Shown: positions 1-9,811, counted from the stretch's first letter. The stretch: DNA of 50,116 nt from an uncultured Oscillospiraceae bacterium (GCA_910588415.1 CAJUPK010000002.1:1-50116), one strand, 5' to 3'. A program made the numbers and translations. Notes: generated by a model not told the origin, from the sequence alone.

Positions 1-129
1 CTTGTCAATGTCCTCCATGCAATGGCTGGCCAGCTCCGCGTGGGAGGCCGTATTCAGATACCGGGCGGGGATAATTACATCGGTGTTTACATCGTCCCCG
101 TACTTGTGTACCGTGCCTTTGGCGTTCAT
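1..129 (-). CDS. leuD: 3-isopropylmalate dehydratase small subunit (N-terminal part; runs off window)
   Basis: Manual translation from ATG at 129: [43 protein letters not shown], containing the LeuD DxxTDxIIPARYL motif; AAGGAG RBS upstream. Confidence 0.92.
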   Translation of the reverse strand, partial: MNAKGTVHKYGDDVNTDVIIPARYLNTASHAELASHCMEDIDK

Positions 130-187
130 AGCGATATCGCTCCTTTTTATATGATGATTGGGGGCCGCGCCGCCTACTGCCAGCGGC

Positions 188-691
188 TCACTCCCCTTTA
201 TAGTAGTCCACAGCGTCCTTCTCCATAAAAACCTGGTTGACGCCCCGGCCCCACAGCCCGATTTTCCCGGAATCCGGGTAGACAGCAGCGTCCAGGTCGT
301 TCTGGGTGTCAAAATCCACATAGATCAGCGGCTCCCCGCCTATATTGGTCAGCTTGTGGGCCCCGCCCGGTTCAGCCGGGAAGAAGAGCAGGTCTCCGGC
401 AGCCACCTCCCGCTCTCCCTCCGGGGTACGCAGCAATCCTCTGCCGCTGACAATGAAGAAAGTCTCCTCGTTCTTCAGATGGTAGTGATAGGGATACGCG
501 GCCTTGCCTAGGGGAATCTCGTACACGCTGACCACAGACTGCTTGGCCTGGCCCAGCTTGACGAACTTCCGGCGGTAATATTCATACTCCCCCTGGCTCT
601 CTCCGGAGCTGTTGGCCGATTCAGGGCCGGTTTTATGCTGAACTTCCAGCTCATCCCATCTCCCATGAAGGACGGTGTCTATTATGCCCAT
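188..691 (-). CDS. Cupin-domain protein
   Basis: Cupin motifs [17 protein letters not shown] and GDLLFFP..GGAHKL; tail YPDSGK. Confidence 0.85.
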   Translation of the reverse strand: MGIIDTVLHGRWDELEVQHKTGPESANSSGESQGEYEYYRRKFVKLGQAKQSVVSVYEIPLGKAAYPYHYHLKNEETFFIVSGRGLLRTPEGEREVAAGDLLFFPAEPGGAHKLTNIGGEPLIYVDFDTQNDLDAAVYPDSGKIGLWGRGVNQVFMEKDAVDYYKGE

Positions 692-724
692 GGGCTGTGC
701 CTCCTGTCTCCTTGTGCTGCCCCT

Positions 725-943
725 CTATCCTTTCGCCCCGTTCCGGGCAGCGTACTCAGCCTTAATCTCCCCGATATGCCTGCCGCCAATCCCGAAATTC
801 TCATCCGGCAGTTCCTGGATGGTCACGGTGAAAAACTCCGTGGGAATATGGGTAATCTCCGCCGCCGTGGCGGTCAGCCGCTCTATCAGCTGTCTTTTCT
901 GCGTACTGTCCAGCGTCCCGCACTGGATGGAAATATAGGGCAT
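725..943 (-). CDS. 4-oxalocrotonate tautomerase (DmpI-like) family protein, 72 aa
   Basis: True start is MPYISI (Pro-1 after Met removal), ELPDENFGIGG motif; GGAGA RBS; the longer track ORF is an upstream extension. Confidence 0.85.
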   Translation of the reverse strand: MPYISIQCGTLDSTQKRQLIERLTATAAEITHIPTEFFTVTIQELPDENFGIGGRHIGEIKAEYAARNGAKG

Positions 944-945
944 CG

Positions 946-1671
946 CTATCTCTCCTCGTACTGATAGGGCACATAGGGCAGAATGCCCCAAGTGATTTCG
1001 TCCCCATCGTGCGTTTCTGTGTGAATCATGGACATATGGTCCGAGGTGGTGACCCGGATGCAGGGGTGCTCCCCGCAGTCCCGACACTGGGCCAGCCCCT
1101 TCTGTGCGGCGCAGGCCTTGGCGGGACAGGGCTCGTCCTTGCAGTGGCAGGTATCGCTGCCGCAGCCCCCGCAGCGCATGGACCAGTCCGATATCCCATA
1201 CATCCTGGTCAGCGGGGGAATCATCTCCTGCCGCCGGGCCTCGTCCTGGCCTGTGTAGTGGACGCACAGGTCGCACCGTTGGCCGCATTGGCCGTACACT
1301 GCCCCCTCTTTGGGGAAGGGCTTGCGGTTGGGCTTTTTCTTAATCCGGATCAGGGGTTTAATCTCTTCCAGCTGTTCTGGGGCAGACACGGGAAACATCA
1401 TCCACTTGCCGTCGTGATAGGTCTTTGCGCTGTCATAGATACCCTGCACCCAGGGGGAGTACGCCTCCCGCTGGGCTTCAAAGACCTCCCTCTCCTTTTT
1501 GCCGTAGATGAGCATAAAGTCAAAGCGGTCCTCTCTGCTGTAGACCGTGAGGATGGTCCTTTTGCCCTGCTTGAATTTCAGCTCGTCCTTGCCGTTCCCC
1601 ACCTCGTCCAGGCAGTAGCGGCCACGCATGAATACCATGGTCTCATGGCTGACCTGTTCCAGAGCTGTCAT
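946..1671 (-). CDS. DUF3788-like domain fused to Cys-rich DUF3795-like domain
   Basis: YHDGKW motif and IKKKP end of DUF3788-like domain; C-terminal CGQRCDLC...CGGC...C..C...CRDC...PC; start MTALEQ with GGAG RBS, ATGA overlap with upstream stop. Confidence 0.7.
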   Translation of the reverse strand: MTALEQVSHETMVFMRGRYCLDEVGNGKDELKFKQGKRTILTVYSREDRFDFMLIYGKKEREVFEAQREAYSPWVQGIYDSAKTYHDGKWMMFPVSAPEQLEEIKPLIRIKKKPNRKPFPKEGAVYGQCGQRCDLCVHYTGQDEARRQEMIPPLTRMYGISDWSMRCGGCGSDTCHCKDEPCPAKACAAQKGLAQCRDCGEHPCIRVTTSDHMSMIHTETHDGDEITWGILPYVPYQYEER

Positions 1672-2543
1672 GGCTTCTCCTCCATCCTGACTTCTATCTG
1701 ATAATACTGCTCCTGAAAGCGGGTCATTGCCTCCACCTGTTCTTTGGTGAAGTCCATCCCCTCCGGAGCCAGCACCCACTTTTCCTCCACATCGTCAAAG
1801 CGATGGATAATGGCCATAAGCCTGCCTGTAAATTCTTCCAGCGGCTGGTCAACGCCCAGCACATAGGCGTCCTGCTCCTCCTCGTCCGGGGCCAGAAGCC
1901 CTGGCACATACCCATAGTTGATGGGATAGACCAGATCCGGGTGCTTGGGGTGGACCATACCGATAGGCCGGTCCATCTCCACTCTCAGCACATCCCCCAG
2001 CCTGGGAGGGTGCGCCGCCAGATACTCCTCCCGAAGCAGGGAGAACAGCACGTCGTCAAAGCATTGGTCCTGATAGGTGCGCACAGCCCGGCGCAAGGTC
2101 CCCTCCCGGGTGAAGCCCAGCTTTTCCAGCAGGGCGATGGAGGCGGCGTTTTCCGCAAAGGCCCGGGCGCTGACTGCCTCCAGCCCCTCCCGCAGGAACA
2201 GGCGCCGCAGCAGCCCGCCCAAAGCCTCGGACATGTACCCCCTGCGGGCGTATTCTTCCCCCAGGTAGTAGTCCAGAGACAGCGACTTTACCCGAAAGCG
2301 CAGGCCGTCTGCCTCCAGGCCGATGTGGCCCAAAACCTGCCCGTCCTCCCGGCGGATGATGGAAAACTGGTGTTCCGGCTCGCTGCACAGCAGCTCCTCC
2401 AGCTTTTCCAAAGAGGGGAGCTTGCCCAGGCAGTTGTACCGCCGCACATGCTCCTGGGCGAGAAACCCCCGGATGCTGGGCGCGTCAGCCCGCTCCGGCG
2501 GCCGGAGCAGCAGCCGCCCGGTCTCGATTCTTGCAGGTTCCAT
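1668..2543 (-). CDS. RimJ/RimL-type GNAT N-acetyltransferase fused to inorganic pyrophosphatase-like domain
   Basis: IETGRLLLRP, RRGYMSEA, NAASIALLEKLGFTREG (GNAT); DRPIG..HP...YPINYGYVPG..APDEEEQDAYVLG (PPase); start overlaps leuC stop (TGATG). Confidence 0.85.
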   Translation of the reverse strand: MEPARIETGRLLLRPPERADAPSIRGFLAQEHVRRYNCLGKLPSLEKLEELLCSEPEHQFSIIRREDGQVLGHIGLEADGLRFRVKSLSLDYYLGEEYARRGYMSEALGGLLRRLFLREGLEAVSARAFAENAASIALLEKLGFTREGTLRRAVRTYQDQCFDDVLFSLLREEYLAAHPPRLGDVLRVEMDRPIGMVHPKHPDLVYPINYGYVPGLLAPDEEEQDAYVLGVDQPLEEFTGRLMAIIHRFDDVEEKWVLAPEGMDFTKEQVEAMTRFQEQYYQIEVRMEEKP

Positions 2544-3802
2544 CACAGCTTGGCCGGGTCCGTGAGATACCCGGTCAGGGCGCTGGCCGCGGCAACCGCC
2601 GGACTGGAGAGCACCACCTCGGACTCCACATGGCCCATGCGGCCCACAAAGTTCCGGTTGGTGGTGGAGACCGCCCGCTCTCCCTCGGCCAAAATGCCCA
2701 TATAGCCACCCAGGCACGGCCCGCAGGTGGGAGTGCTGAACACCGCGCCGCTCTCCACAAAGATCTCCGCCAGGCCCTCGCGGATACACTGCAGGTAGAC
2801 CTCCTGGGTAGCGGGAATCACAATGCAGCGCACGTCTTTGGCCACCTTTTTGCCCTTCATAATCTGGGCGGCAATGCGCATGTCGCTGATGCGCCCATTG
2901 GTGCAGGAGCCTATGACGCTCTGGTCAATCTTCACATCGCTGACCTCCTCGATCCGCCGGGTGTTCTCCGGCAGGTGGGGCATGGAGACCGTGGGCCGCA
3001 AAGCAGAGAGATCAATCGTCACCGTGCGCTCATACACCGCGTCCGGGTCAGGCTCGTATATGTTCACTTCCCCCTGATAGCGGTCCTTGCAGTAGGCCAG
3101 GGTCTTCTCATCCACAGGGAAAATCCCGTTTTTAGCCCCCGCCTCAATGGCCATGTTGGCAATGGTGAAGCGGTCGTCCATGCTGAGAGCAGCCACGCCC
3201 TCGCCAGTAAACTCCAGGGACTGGTACAAAGCCCCGTCCACGCCAATCTCCCCAATCAGGTGCAGCACCACGTCCTTGCCGCAGACAAAGCCCGTGGGCT
3301 TGCCGGTAAGCTCCACCTTGATGGCAGAGGGGACTTTAAACCACAGCCGCCCGGTGATCATGGCGGCGCACATGTCCGTAGAGCCCACGCCCGTGGAGAA
3401 GGCTCCCAAGGCCCCATAGGTGCAGGTATGGGAATCCGCCCCCACAATGGCTCCGCCGGGACCCACCAGGCCCTTTTCCGGCAGCAGAGCGTGCTCAATG
3501 CCCATCTGGCCCACATCAAAGAAATGGGTGATGTCATACTTGTTGGCAAACTGCCGGGTCTGCTTGCACTGCTGGGCCGCCTTAATGTCCTTGTTGGGGG
3601 CAAAATGGTCCAGCACCAGGGCAATCTTGTCCTTGTGGAACACGCCTGTGGCCCCGCACTTCTCAAACTCGTTGATGGCCACAGGGGACGTGATGTCATT
3701 GCCCAGCACCATGTCCAGGCTGGCCTCAATCAGCTGGCCGGGCTCCACATGGTCCAGGCCCGCGTGGGCCGCCAAAATTTTCTGCGTCATTGTCATAGCC
3801 AT
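2543..3802 (-). CDS. leuC: 3-isopropylmalate dehydratase large subunit
   Basis: [35 protein letters not shown] aconitase-family motifs. Confidence 0.93.
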   Translation of the reverse strand: MAMTMTQKILAAHAGLDHVEPGQLIEASLDMVLGNDITSPVAINEFEKCGATGVFHKDKIALVLDHFAPNKDIKAAQQCKQTRQFANKYDITHFFDVGQMGIEHALLPEKGLVGPGGAIVGADSHTCTYGALGAFSTGVGSTDMCAAMITGRLWFKVPSAIKVELTGKPTGFVCGKDVVLHLIGEIGVDGALYQSLEFTGEGVAALSMDDRFTIANMAIEAGAKNGIFPVDEKTLAYCKDRYQGEVNIYEPDPDAVYERTVTIDLSALRPTVSMPHLPENTRRIEEVSDVKIDQSVIGSCTNGRISDMRIAAQIMKGKKVAKDVRCIVIPATQEVYLQCIREGLAEIFVESGAVFSTPTCGPCLGGYMGILAEGERAVSTTNRNFVGRMGHVESEVVLSSPAVAAASALTGYLTDPAKL

Positions 3803-3841
3803 TGTTACTTTCCCTCCTGTTTTTATGACTGGCCCGGGGCT

Positions 3842-4603
3842 TTACGGCTTTTCCCCGGTGCGCAGCCGCTCTGCCAGGACCAAGGAGTCCTGATAGTAGG
3901 CTTCCAGCTTTTTATTGTTCTCAATATTACTGCCCACATCTGTGCGCAGAGAGACCCGCAGGCGGCCGCAAAGCTCTGCCACTACCTCTGGGGTCCATTT
4001 GCTCTCCTGTCCCTCTGGAACTGTAAATTCCGCCAAGCCCTTATAGTCGCTCCAGGGGCGCATGGCCTCTTCATAATCGCTGGCCCCCTCCTTCATGGGC
4101 GTGCCGTCGTTATACTGGAAAAAGCCGTCAAAGCTGTCCCCCAGATTCTCAAAAGCCTGGGCGTCATGGATGTAGATCATATTGGAGCCCAGGGTGGTGT
4201 CCCCCGCAAACCGGGCATAGGTGGCCTGGGTGGCCTGGTAGTCCTGGGCTGAGACCACCTCCCCAAACACATAGCTGTTCACCTGCACGGTCACCTTTCC
4301 GTCCCCATTGCGGTCGTCCGCGTAAAGGGCGATGTGCTCCTCCAGCCCGCTGCGCACCTCCTCCGGCAGGTTGTAGGAGGTAACCAGAGCAACGGAATAG
4401 TCGGGCTCCACCTTGCTGGCGATAGAGTAGATCAAACTCCCCAGAAGGCCCGCTGCAATCAGGCCGAAAAGCAGCTGCCTTTTGTGGTAGTACCACCAGT
4501 TTGCCCGCTTGTCCTTGGGGGTTTTCAGCTCAATGACGCCGGAGTGGATGGTATCCTCCCCCGCCCCCACCAAATATCGTTCTCTTGCCATAAGGTCTGG
4601 CAC
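3842..4603 (-). CDS. Conserved membrane-anchored hypothetical protein
   Basis: NWWYYHK followed by one TM helix; DDRNGDG Ca-binding-like motif; start may be the ATG at 4591. Confidence 0.75.
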   Translation of the reverse strand: MPDLMARERYLVGAGEDTIHSGVIELKTPKDKRANWWYYHKRQLLFGLIAAGLLGSLIYSIASKVEPDYSVALVTSYNLPEEVRSGLEEHIALYADDRNGDGKVTVQVNSYVFGEVVSAQDYQATQATYARFAGDTTLGSNMIYIHDAQAFENLGDSFDGFFQYNDGTPMKEGASDYEEAMRPWSDYKGLAEFTVPEGQESKWTPEVVAELCGRLRVSLRTDVGSNIENNKKLEAYYQDSLVLAERLRTGEKP

Positions 4604-4632
4604 CTCCCTAATCGATAGAGTCGTTATTTGTA

Positions 4633-4661
4633 ATTATAGACTACTTTCCCGGTTTTAGCAA
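4633..4661 (-). promoter_or_regulatory. sigma-A-type promoter for the hypothetical gene-leuC operon
   Basis: TTGCTA-N17-TATAAT on minus strand. Confidence 0.55.
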
Positions 4662-4997
4662 GGCTTACGCCCCTGCCCAGAGGAAAAATAAAAAAATTTA
4701 CAACTCCGAAAAGGAGCGGACATCTCTGCCCGCTCCCCCTTTCCGGCATAATTGCCGCGGCTGAAAAACAGTATGTGCCAATTTTTCAGTGCGCTTGCTA
4801 TAAAGGCCCTTGCCCGCGTCTGTTCTTAGGGCAACACCGCACAATTCGGGGCTAACGCCTTCCGTACCGACTTGTTCGCGTCTTTTCCGTCATAGCGCCC
4901 AGCTTTCCCTTGCCAATCCCAAGATGGGCGGCGCTCGTACACTCTGGCAAAAAATCTGTCTGCTCAATACGGCGCTTAGAATTGCGCGATATGGCCC

Positions 4998-6377
4998 TTA
5001 GTCTACGGCAGGCAGTTTCGCTAAAGCCTTCTGAATGTCCTCGTCCGTGGGGATGGTATTCTGCATCTCCCCTTTGTGGAACTTCTCATAGGCCACCAGG
5101 TCAAAATAGCCGGTGCCCGTCAGGCCAAAGAGGATGGTCTTCTCCTCCCCGGTCTCCTTGCAGCGCATGGCCTCGTTCACTGCGGCCAGTATGGCATGGC
5201 TGCTCTCCGGCGCGGGCAGGATGCCCTCTACCCGGGCAAAGTCCTCCGCAGCCTGGAACACATCCGTCTGCTTCACGCTGATGGCCTCCATCAGCCCGTC
5301 CGCGTACAGCTGGGAGAGCACGCTGCTCATGCCGTGGAACCGGAGGCCTCCCGCATGGTCAGCGCTGGGCATAAAGCCGCTGCCCAGGGTATACATCTTG
5401 GCCAGGGGGCACACCATGCCTGTGTCGCAGAAGTCGTACCGGTACTGGCCCCGGGTAAAGGAGGGGCAGCTGGCGGGTTCCACCGCGATAATACGGTAAT
5501 CCGCCTCTCCCCGCAGCTTTTCGCCCATGAAAGGAGCAATCAGCCCGCCCAGGTTGCTGCCGCCGCCTGCGCAGCCGATGATGATGTCCGGCTTTACGCC
5601 ATACTTGTCCATAGCGGCTTTGGCCTCCAGGCCAATAACCGACTGGTGCAGCATCACCTGGTTGAGCACAGAACCCAGCACATAGCGGTATCCGGGAGTA
5701 GACGTGGCCACCTCCACCGCCTCGCTGATAGCGCAACCCAAAGAGCCGCCTGTGCCCGGGAACTCCGCCAGAATCTTCCGGCCCACCTGGGTGGTCTCAG
5801 AGGGAGAGGGGGTCACGTTGGCCCCATAGACCTTCATCACCTCCCGGCGGAAGGGTTTCTGCTCGTAAGAACACTTGACCATGTAGACCCGGCAGTCCAG
5901 CCCCAGGTAAGAGCAGGCCATGGAGAGGGCGGTGCCCCACTGGCCCGCTCCCGTCTCTGTGGTCACGCCCTTCAGGCCCTGCTGCTTGGCATAGTAGGCC
6001 TGGGCAATGGCGGAATTCAGCTTGTGCGAACCAGAGGTGTTGTTGCCCTCGAATTTATAGTAGATCTTGGCAGGGGTCTGCAGCTTCTCCTCCAGGCAGT
6101 AGGCCCGCACCAGGGGGGCAGGCCGGTACATCTTGTAGAAATCCCGGATTTCCGTGGGAATCTCAAAGAAGGGGGTGTCATTGTCCATCTCCTGCTTCAC
6201 CAGCTCGTCACAGAACACGCCGGAGAGCTCCTGGGCGGTCATCGGCTGAAAGGTGTCCGGATTCAGCAGGGGGGCGGGCTTGTTTTTCATGTCAGCCCGC
6301 AGGTTATACCAGGCTTTGGGCAGTTCGCTCTCATCCAAATAGATTTTGTAGGGGATCTTGTTTTCGCTCATTGTCAT
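4998..6377 (-). CDS. trpB: TrpB2-type (stand-alone) tryptophan synthase beta / PLP enzyme
   Basis: SGSHKLNSA (PLP Lys), TETGAGQWG, GGGSN, HAGGLRFHG, PAPESSHA; long N-terminus typical of TrpB2; no trpA adjacent. Confidence 0.93.
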   Translation of the reverse strand: MTMSENKIPYKIYLDESELPKAWYNLRADMKNKPAPLLNPDTFQPMTAQELSGVFCDELVKQEMDNDTPFFEIPTEIRDFYKMYRPAPLVRAYCLEEKLQTPAKIYYKFEGNNTSGSHKLNSAIAQAYYAKQQGLKGVTTETGAGQWGTALSMACSYLGLDCRVYMVKCSYEQKPFRREVMKVYGANVTPSPSETTQVGRKILAEFPGTGGSLGCAISEAVEVATSTPGYRYVLGSVLNQVMLHQSVIGLEAKAAMDKYGVKPDIIIGCAGGGSNLGGLIAPFMGEKLRGEADYRIIAVEPASCPSFTRGQYRYDFCDTGMVCPLAKMYTLGSGFMPSADHAGGLRFHGMSSVLSQLYADGLMEAISVKQTDVFQAAEDFARVEGILPAPESSHAILAAVNEAMRCKETGEEKTILFGLTGTGYFDLVAYEKFHKGEMQNTIPTDEDIQKALAKLPAVD

Positions 6378-6454
6378 TTACTCCTTTCGGTGATGGCCGG
6401 GCCTGGGAGCTCAGGCGGGAAGCTGCTTTTGCGGCTGCAGCCACCCGCCAGGCA

Positions 6455-6805
6455 TACAAAAAGCTCCTGTCCCGGCAGAGAATCCTTCTGCTGGGACAGG
6501 AGCTGAAACTTCTATGGTTCTTCACAAACCCTATGTTCAGCGCCTGCGGTACCACCCGGCTTGGCGCAAAAAAACGCGCCCACTCACGCGCACACACCAT
6601 CTATGCGCTGGCTTTTCTAACGGAGAGCCGCTCCGGCTTGCCTACTGGGCAGAAGCCCCGCCACGCGGCCAGCTCCCTGCCTTTCCGTTCGCCCTCGAAA
6701 GCCCATTGGGTCAAACGCTCCCCACCACGCTCCCACCTATGCGCAGCTCTCTGCGGACCAAAGGTCCATGAGTACCTGTTTGACTTACTCACACTTTCTC
6801 ATCGG
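6455..6805 (-). promoter_or_regulatory. T-box riboswitch, Trp (UGG) specifier
   Basis: Minus strand: stem I GAAAG/CTTTC and GTCAAAC/GTTTGAC with AGAGA and GGTGGGA motifs, specifier loop CCAA-TGG-G (TGG = 6703-6705), AGTA box, CCGTTA F-box, T-box GGTGGTACC (6548-6556), terminator stem 6462-6504 plus U-tract. Confidence 0.92.
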
Positions 6806-6817
6806 TTTATACTATAC

Positions 6818-6846
6818 AGTATAGCCCAAAATTCCAGGATTGTCAA
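6818..6846 (-). promoter_or_regulatory. sigma-A promoter of the T-box/trpB transcript
   Basis: TTGACA-N17-TATACT. Confidence 0.85.
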
Positions 6847-6855
6847 GAGAAATTT

Positions 6856-7290
6856 CTAAATCTGGGCAATGCTCTCCTGGCTGACCAGCTTAATGCCCTT
6901 GGCGCCCAAGGCCGCGCCCGCGGTTTTGGTGTCCTGGACCCGGAAGATCATGTACGCGTGGTCCACATCGCCGCCGCCCAAAAAGGCGTACATGTATTCC
7001 ACATTCACTCCAGCCCCTGTAAGCACCTCCAGCACTTTGTGCAGACCGCCGGGCTCGTCTGGGATGAGCACCGCCAGCACAGGGGTCAGGCTGTGGATAA
7101 AACCCCCGTCCTTCAAAACCGTGGTAGCCTTGTACACATCGTCCACAATCAGGCGCACAATGCCAAAGTCGTTGGTCTCCGCCAGGCTTAAAGCCCGCAT
7201 GTCAATGCCATTTTCCGCCAGCAGGCCAGTCATGGTAGTCAGCGTGCCGGGCTTGTTCTCCAGAAAAACAGAAATTTGATTGACTGTCAT
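6856..7290 (-). CDS. Tandem ACT-domain protein
   Basis: QISVFLENKPG...GIDMRALSLAET.DFGIVRLIV; DEPGGL...NVEYMYAF; usual paaK/ior neighbour. Confidence 0.9.
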   Translation of the reverse strand: MTVNQISVFLENKPGTLTTMTGLLAENGIDMRALSLAETNDFGIVRLIVDDVYKATTVLKDGGFIHSLTPVLAVLIPDEPGGLHKVLEVLTGAGVNVEYMYAFLGGGDVDHAYMIFRVQDTKTAGAALGAKGIKLVSQESIAQI

Positions 7291-7505
7291 TGATGATGCC
7301 CTCCTTCATAAAGGGAAAACAAGATGGATAGTTGTATGATTTTGCATGTATCAGCAAACCAATCGCCGTGTTCCGCGCTGAAAATCACGGAAATATTCTT
7401 GCCGGGATGCCTCTCCACCACAGCCGCAGGCTTTGCGGCGCGGCCAGCGCTTAAACGGGCCGAAAAGCGCCCGGCTGCTTCCATGGGTACAGGCGGTGCA
7501 GGCGC

Positions 7506-8807
7506 TTAAATTTTCCGCTTGTCAATCACCCGCACAGCCTTACCCTCGCTGCGGACAATAGACTTGGGGGCCACCAAAGTCACCTTGGCGGTCAGCCCCA
7601 GCATGGACCGCAGGCCCTCCACCAGTTCCTTCTGCCGGGCAGCCACATCGCCCAGGTTGTCGGTGAACATCTCCGGGGTCATCTCCACCTGTACGTCCAG
7701 GGTGTCGGTGTTCTTCACCCGGTCCACCATAATCTGGTAGTTGGCCGAGTACCCGTGGTTCAGCAGCACCGTCTCAATCTGGGAGGGGAACACGTTCACG
7801 CCCCGGATAATGAGCATATCGTCCGTGCGGCCCTGGGGCTTGGTCATTTTCACGTGGGTGCGGCCGCAGGGGCAGGGCTCCCGGGTCAGGGTGCAGATGT
7901 CCCGGGTGCGGTACCGCAGCAGGGGGAACGCCTTTTTGGTAATGGAGGTAAATACCAGCTCGCCCTGAGAGCCCTCGGGCAGCACCTCTCCAGTCTCCGG
8001 GTCAATAATCTCGGCAATAAAGTGGTCCTCGTTGATGTGCATCCCGGTCTGGGCCGAGCACTCGAAGGACACCCCTGGGCCGGAGAGCTCTGTCAGGCCA
8101 TAGATGTCATAGGCCTTAATGCCCAGGGTGTTCTCAATATCCCGGCGCATCTCCTGGCTCCAGGCCTCGGCCCCAAAGATCCCGGCCTTTAGGGGGATAT
8201 CATCCGGTCCCAGGCCCATCTCCTTCATGGTCTCGCCAATATAGGCGGCGTAAGAGGGGGTGCAGCACAGGATGGTGGCGGATAAATCCTGGATGAACAT
8301 GATCTGCCGCTCCGTGTTGCCGCTGCTGGTGGGGATGGTGAGACAGCCCACCTTGTGACTGCCTCCGTTAAGCCCCGGCCCCCCGGTAAACAGGCCATAG
8401 CCATAGCTGACCTGGCACACATCCTCGTTGGTGCCGCCCGCCGCCATAATGGCCCGGGCGCAGCAGTCCTCCCACAGGTCAATGTCCGCCTGGGTGTAAA
8501 AGGCCACCACCCGCTTGCCCGTGGTGCCGGAGGTGGACTGGATGCGCACGCAGTCCTTGAGAGGCACGCCCATCAGGCCGTAAGGATAGGCTTCCCGCAG
8601 GTCCGCTTTGGTGAGGAAAGGCAGCTTATAGAGATCGTCCGAGGACTGCACGTCCGCGGGACTCAGTCCCTTCTCCTCCATTTTCTTGCGGTAGTAGGGC
8701 ACATTGTCCCATACATGCTGTACCTGGCGGACCAGCCGCTGGTCCTGCCAGGCCTTGATCTGCTCCCGAGAGGCGCACTCAATCTCGGGCTGGTAGTAAT
8801 GTTCCAT
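7506..8807 (-). CDS. paaK: Phenylacetate--CoA ligase
   Basis: STSGTTGK, YGYGLFTGG, DIYGLTE, RYRTRD, GRTDDMLIIRGVNVFPSQIE. Confidence 0.92.
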   Translation of the reverse strand: MEHYYQPEIECASREQIKAWQDQRLVRQVQHVWDNVPYYRKKMEEKGLSPADVQSSDDLYKLPFLTKADLREAYPYGLMGVPLKDCVRIQSTSGTTGKRVVAFYTQADIDLWEDCCARAIMAAGGTNEDVCQVSYGYGLFTGGPGLNGGSHKVGCLTIPTSSGNTERQIMFIQDLSATILCCTPSYAAYIGETMKEMGLGPDDIPLKAGIFGAEAWSQEMRRDIENTLGIKAYDIYGLTELSGPGVSFECSAQTGMHINEDHFIAEIIDPETGEVLPEGSQGELVFTSITKKAFPLLRYRTRDICTLTREPCPCGRTHVKMTKPQGRTDDMLIIRGVNVFPSQIETVLLNHGYSANYQIMVDRVKNTDTLDVQVEMTPEMFTDNLGDVAARQKELVEGLRSMLGLTAKVTLVAPKSIVRSEGKAVRVIDKRKI

Positions 8808-8944
8808 GGGGATTCATCCTTTCAAAGTTATTCTATGGCCGGGCCTCCGCTGCAGGTTATTCTGTCTCTTCCGGCACGGACGCGGGACCAATTTTGCGTA
8901 TTCCTTCACCTGTTTCCTATCCTGCCATCGTTCCAAATAGAATA

Positions 8945-9343
8945 TCATCTTAGAAGGCGAACCGCCTTTACGTCCGTCATTTCACTTGGCCCCGCGCCCC
9001 AGCTAATCTCGCCTCCCCAGTAAACAGCGATATCGTCACCAACCTGTAGGTCCTCCTTGGCCGCCTTCTCGCCGTACCAGCTTATGGGGGTATCCTCCTC
9101 TAAATGGAACTGGAAAAGGCCTTTGTAATTGGCGTCAGCCACTGTGCCGCTCATAATCACCTGGGCGCTCTCCTCTTCAAAGCGTATGTCCTCAATGACG
9201 CCATACCGGACCGGATATGCGGGCCGCTGGTCATTTGCCCTGCGGCGGCCCGCAAAAAAACCGCCTGCTGCCAACGCCAAGCAAACCAGGGCCACAACCG
9301 CAACGAAAACCCAGCGCGGCAGCCGGGAAATCTTCGTGCCCAT
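8945..9343 (-). CDS. Membrane-anchored hypothetical protein (DUF3221/YobA-like OB fold suspected)
   Basis: N-terminal TM; EDTPI...DLQVGDDIAVYWGGEI pattern; GGGAG RBS. Confidence 0.6.
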   Translation of the reverse strand: MGTKISRLPRWVFVAVVALVCLALAAGGFFAGRRRANDQRPAYPVRYGVIEDIRFEEESAQVIMSGTVADANYKGLFQFHLEEDTPISWYGEKAAKEDLQVGDDIAVYWGGEISWGAGPSEMTDVKAVRLLR

Positions 9344-9403
9344 TCTTCACCGCTCCCTGTTTTTAGGACTTGTTTGAAACGGAAAGACAGCCTTTCCGTT
9401 TGT

Positions 9404-9811
9404 TCAGCCAGGCCCGTCCAGCTTGCTGAGCCTTTTTACATTCACCAGCCTTCTGGGATTTCCCTCCATATATTCTCCCGGCCAGGCGACCTCCACGTAA
9501 TACCCCTCTCGGAAGGACGAGGGGTATTGTACCGCGCCGTGATACTCCAGATTGGTCTTATCATTGACCGTAAAAACATACCGTCCCTGCAAGGTTTTGT
9601 CCGGCGTCAGTTCCCTGGCGTCCACCACAAAGGTATTGCTTTTCCAGTTCGCGCTTTCAACCACAGCGTAAAGAATCCGGGCATAGATAGGCTCCTCCTG
9701 GTCAACAGAAGCATACCCTGCCCCATACCCGCCCACAGCCACAGCTGCCCAGAGCGGCACTATCAGAACTCCCGCAAGCCAGCGGGGGCGCTTTCTCGCT
9801 TTTTCACCCAT
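9404..9811 (-). CDS. Membrane-anchored hypothetical protein, apparent paralog of 8945..9343
   Basis: N-terminal TM; DKTNL...FREGYYVEVAWPGEY pattern; AAGGGAGGAG RBS. Confidence 0.6.
   Translation of the reverse strand: MGEKARKRPRWLAGVLIVPLWAAVAVGGYGAGYASVDQEEPIYARILYAVVESANWKSNTFVVDARELTPDKTLQGRYVFTVNDKTNLEYHGAVQYPSSFREGYYVEVAWPGEYMEGNPRRLVNVKRLSKLDGPG

Noticed and set aside
4745..4997. ncRNA or small gene in the long spacer downstream of trpB
   Set aside because: No recognisable motif, RBS-supported ORF or repeat found by eye
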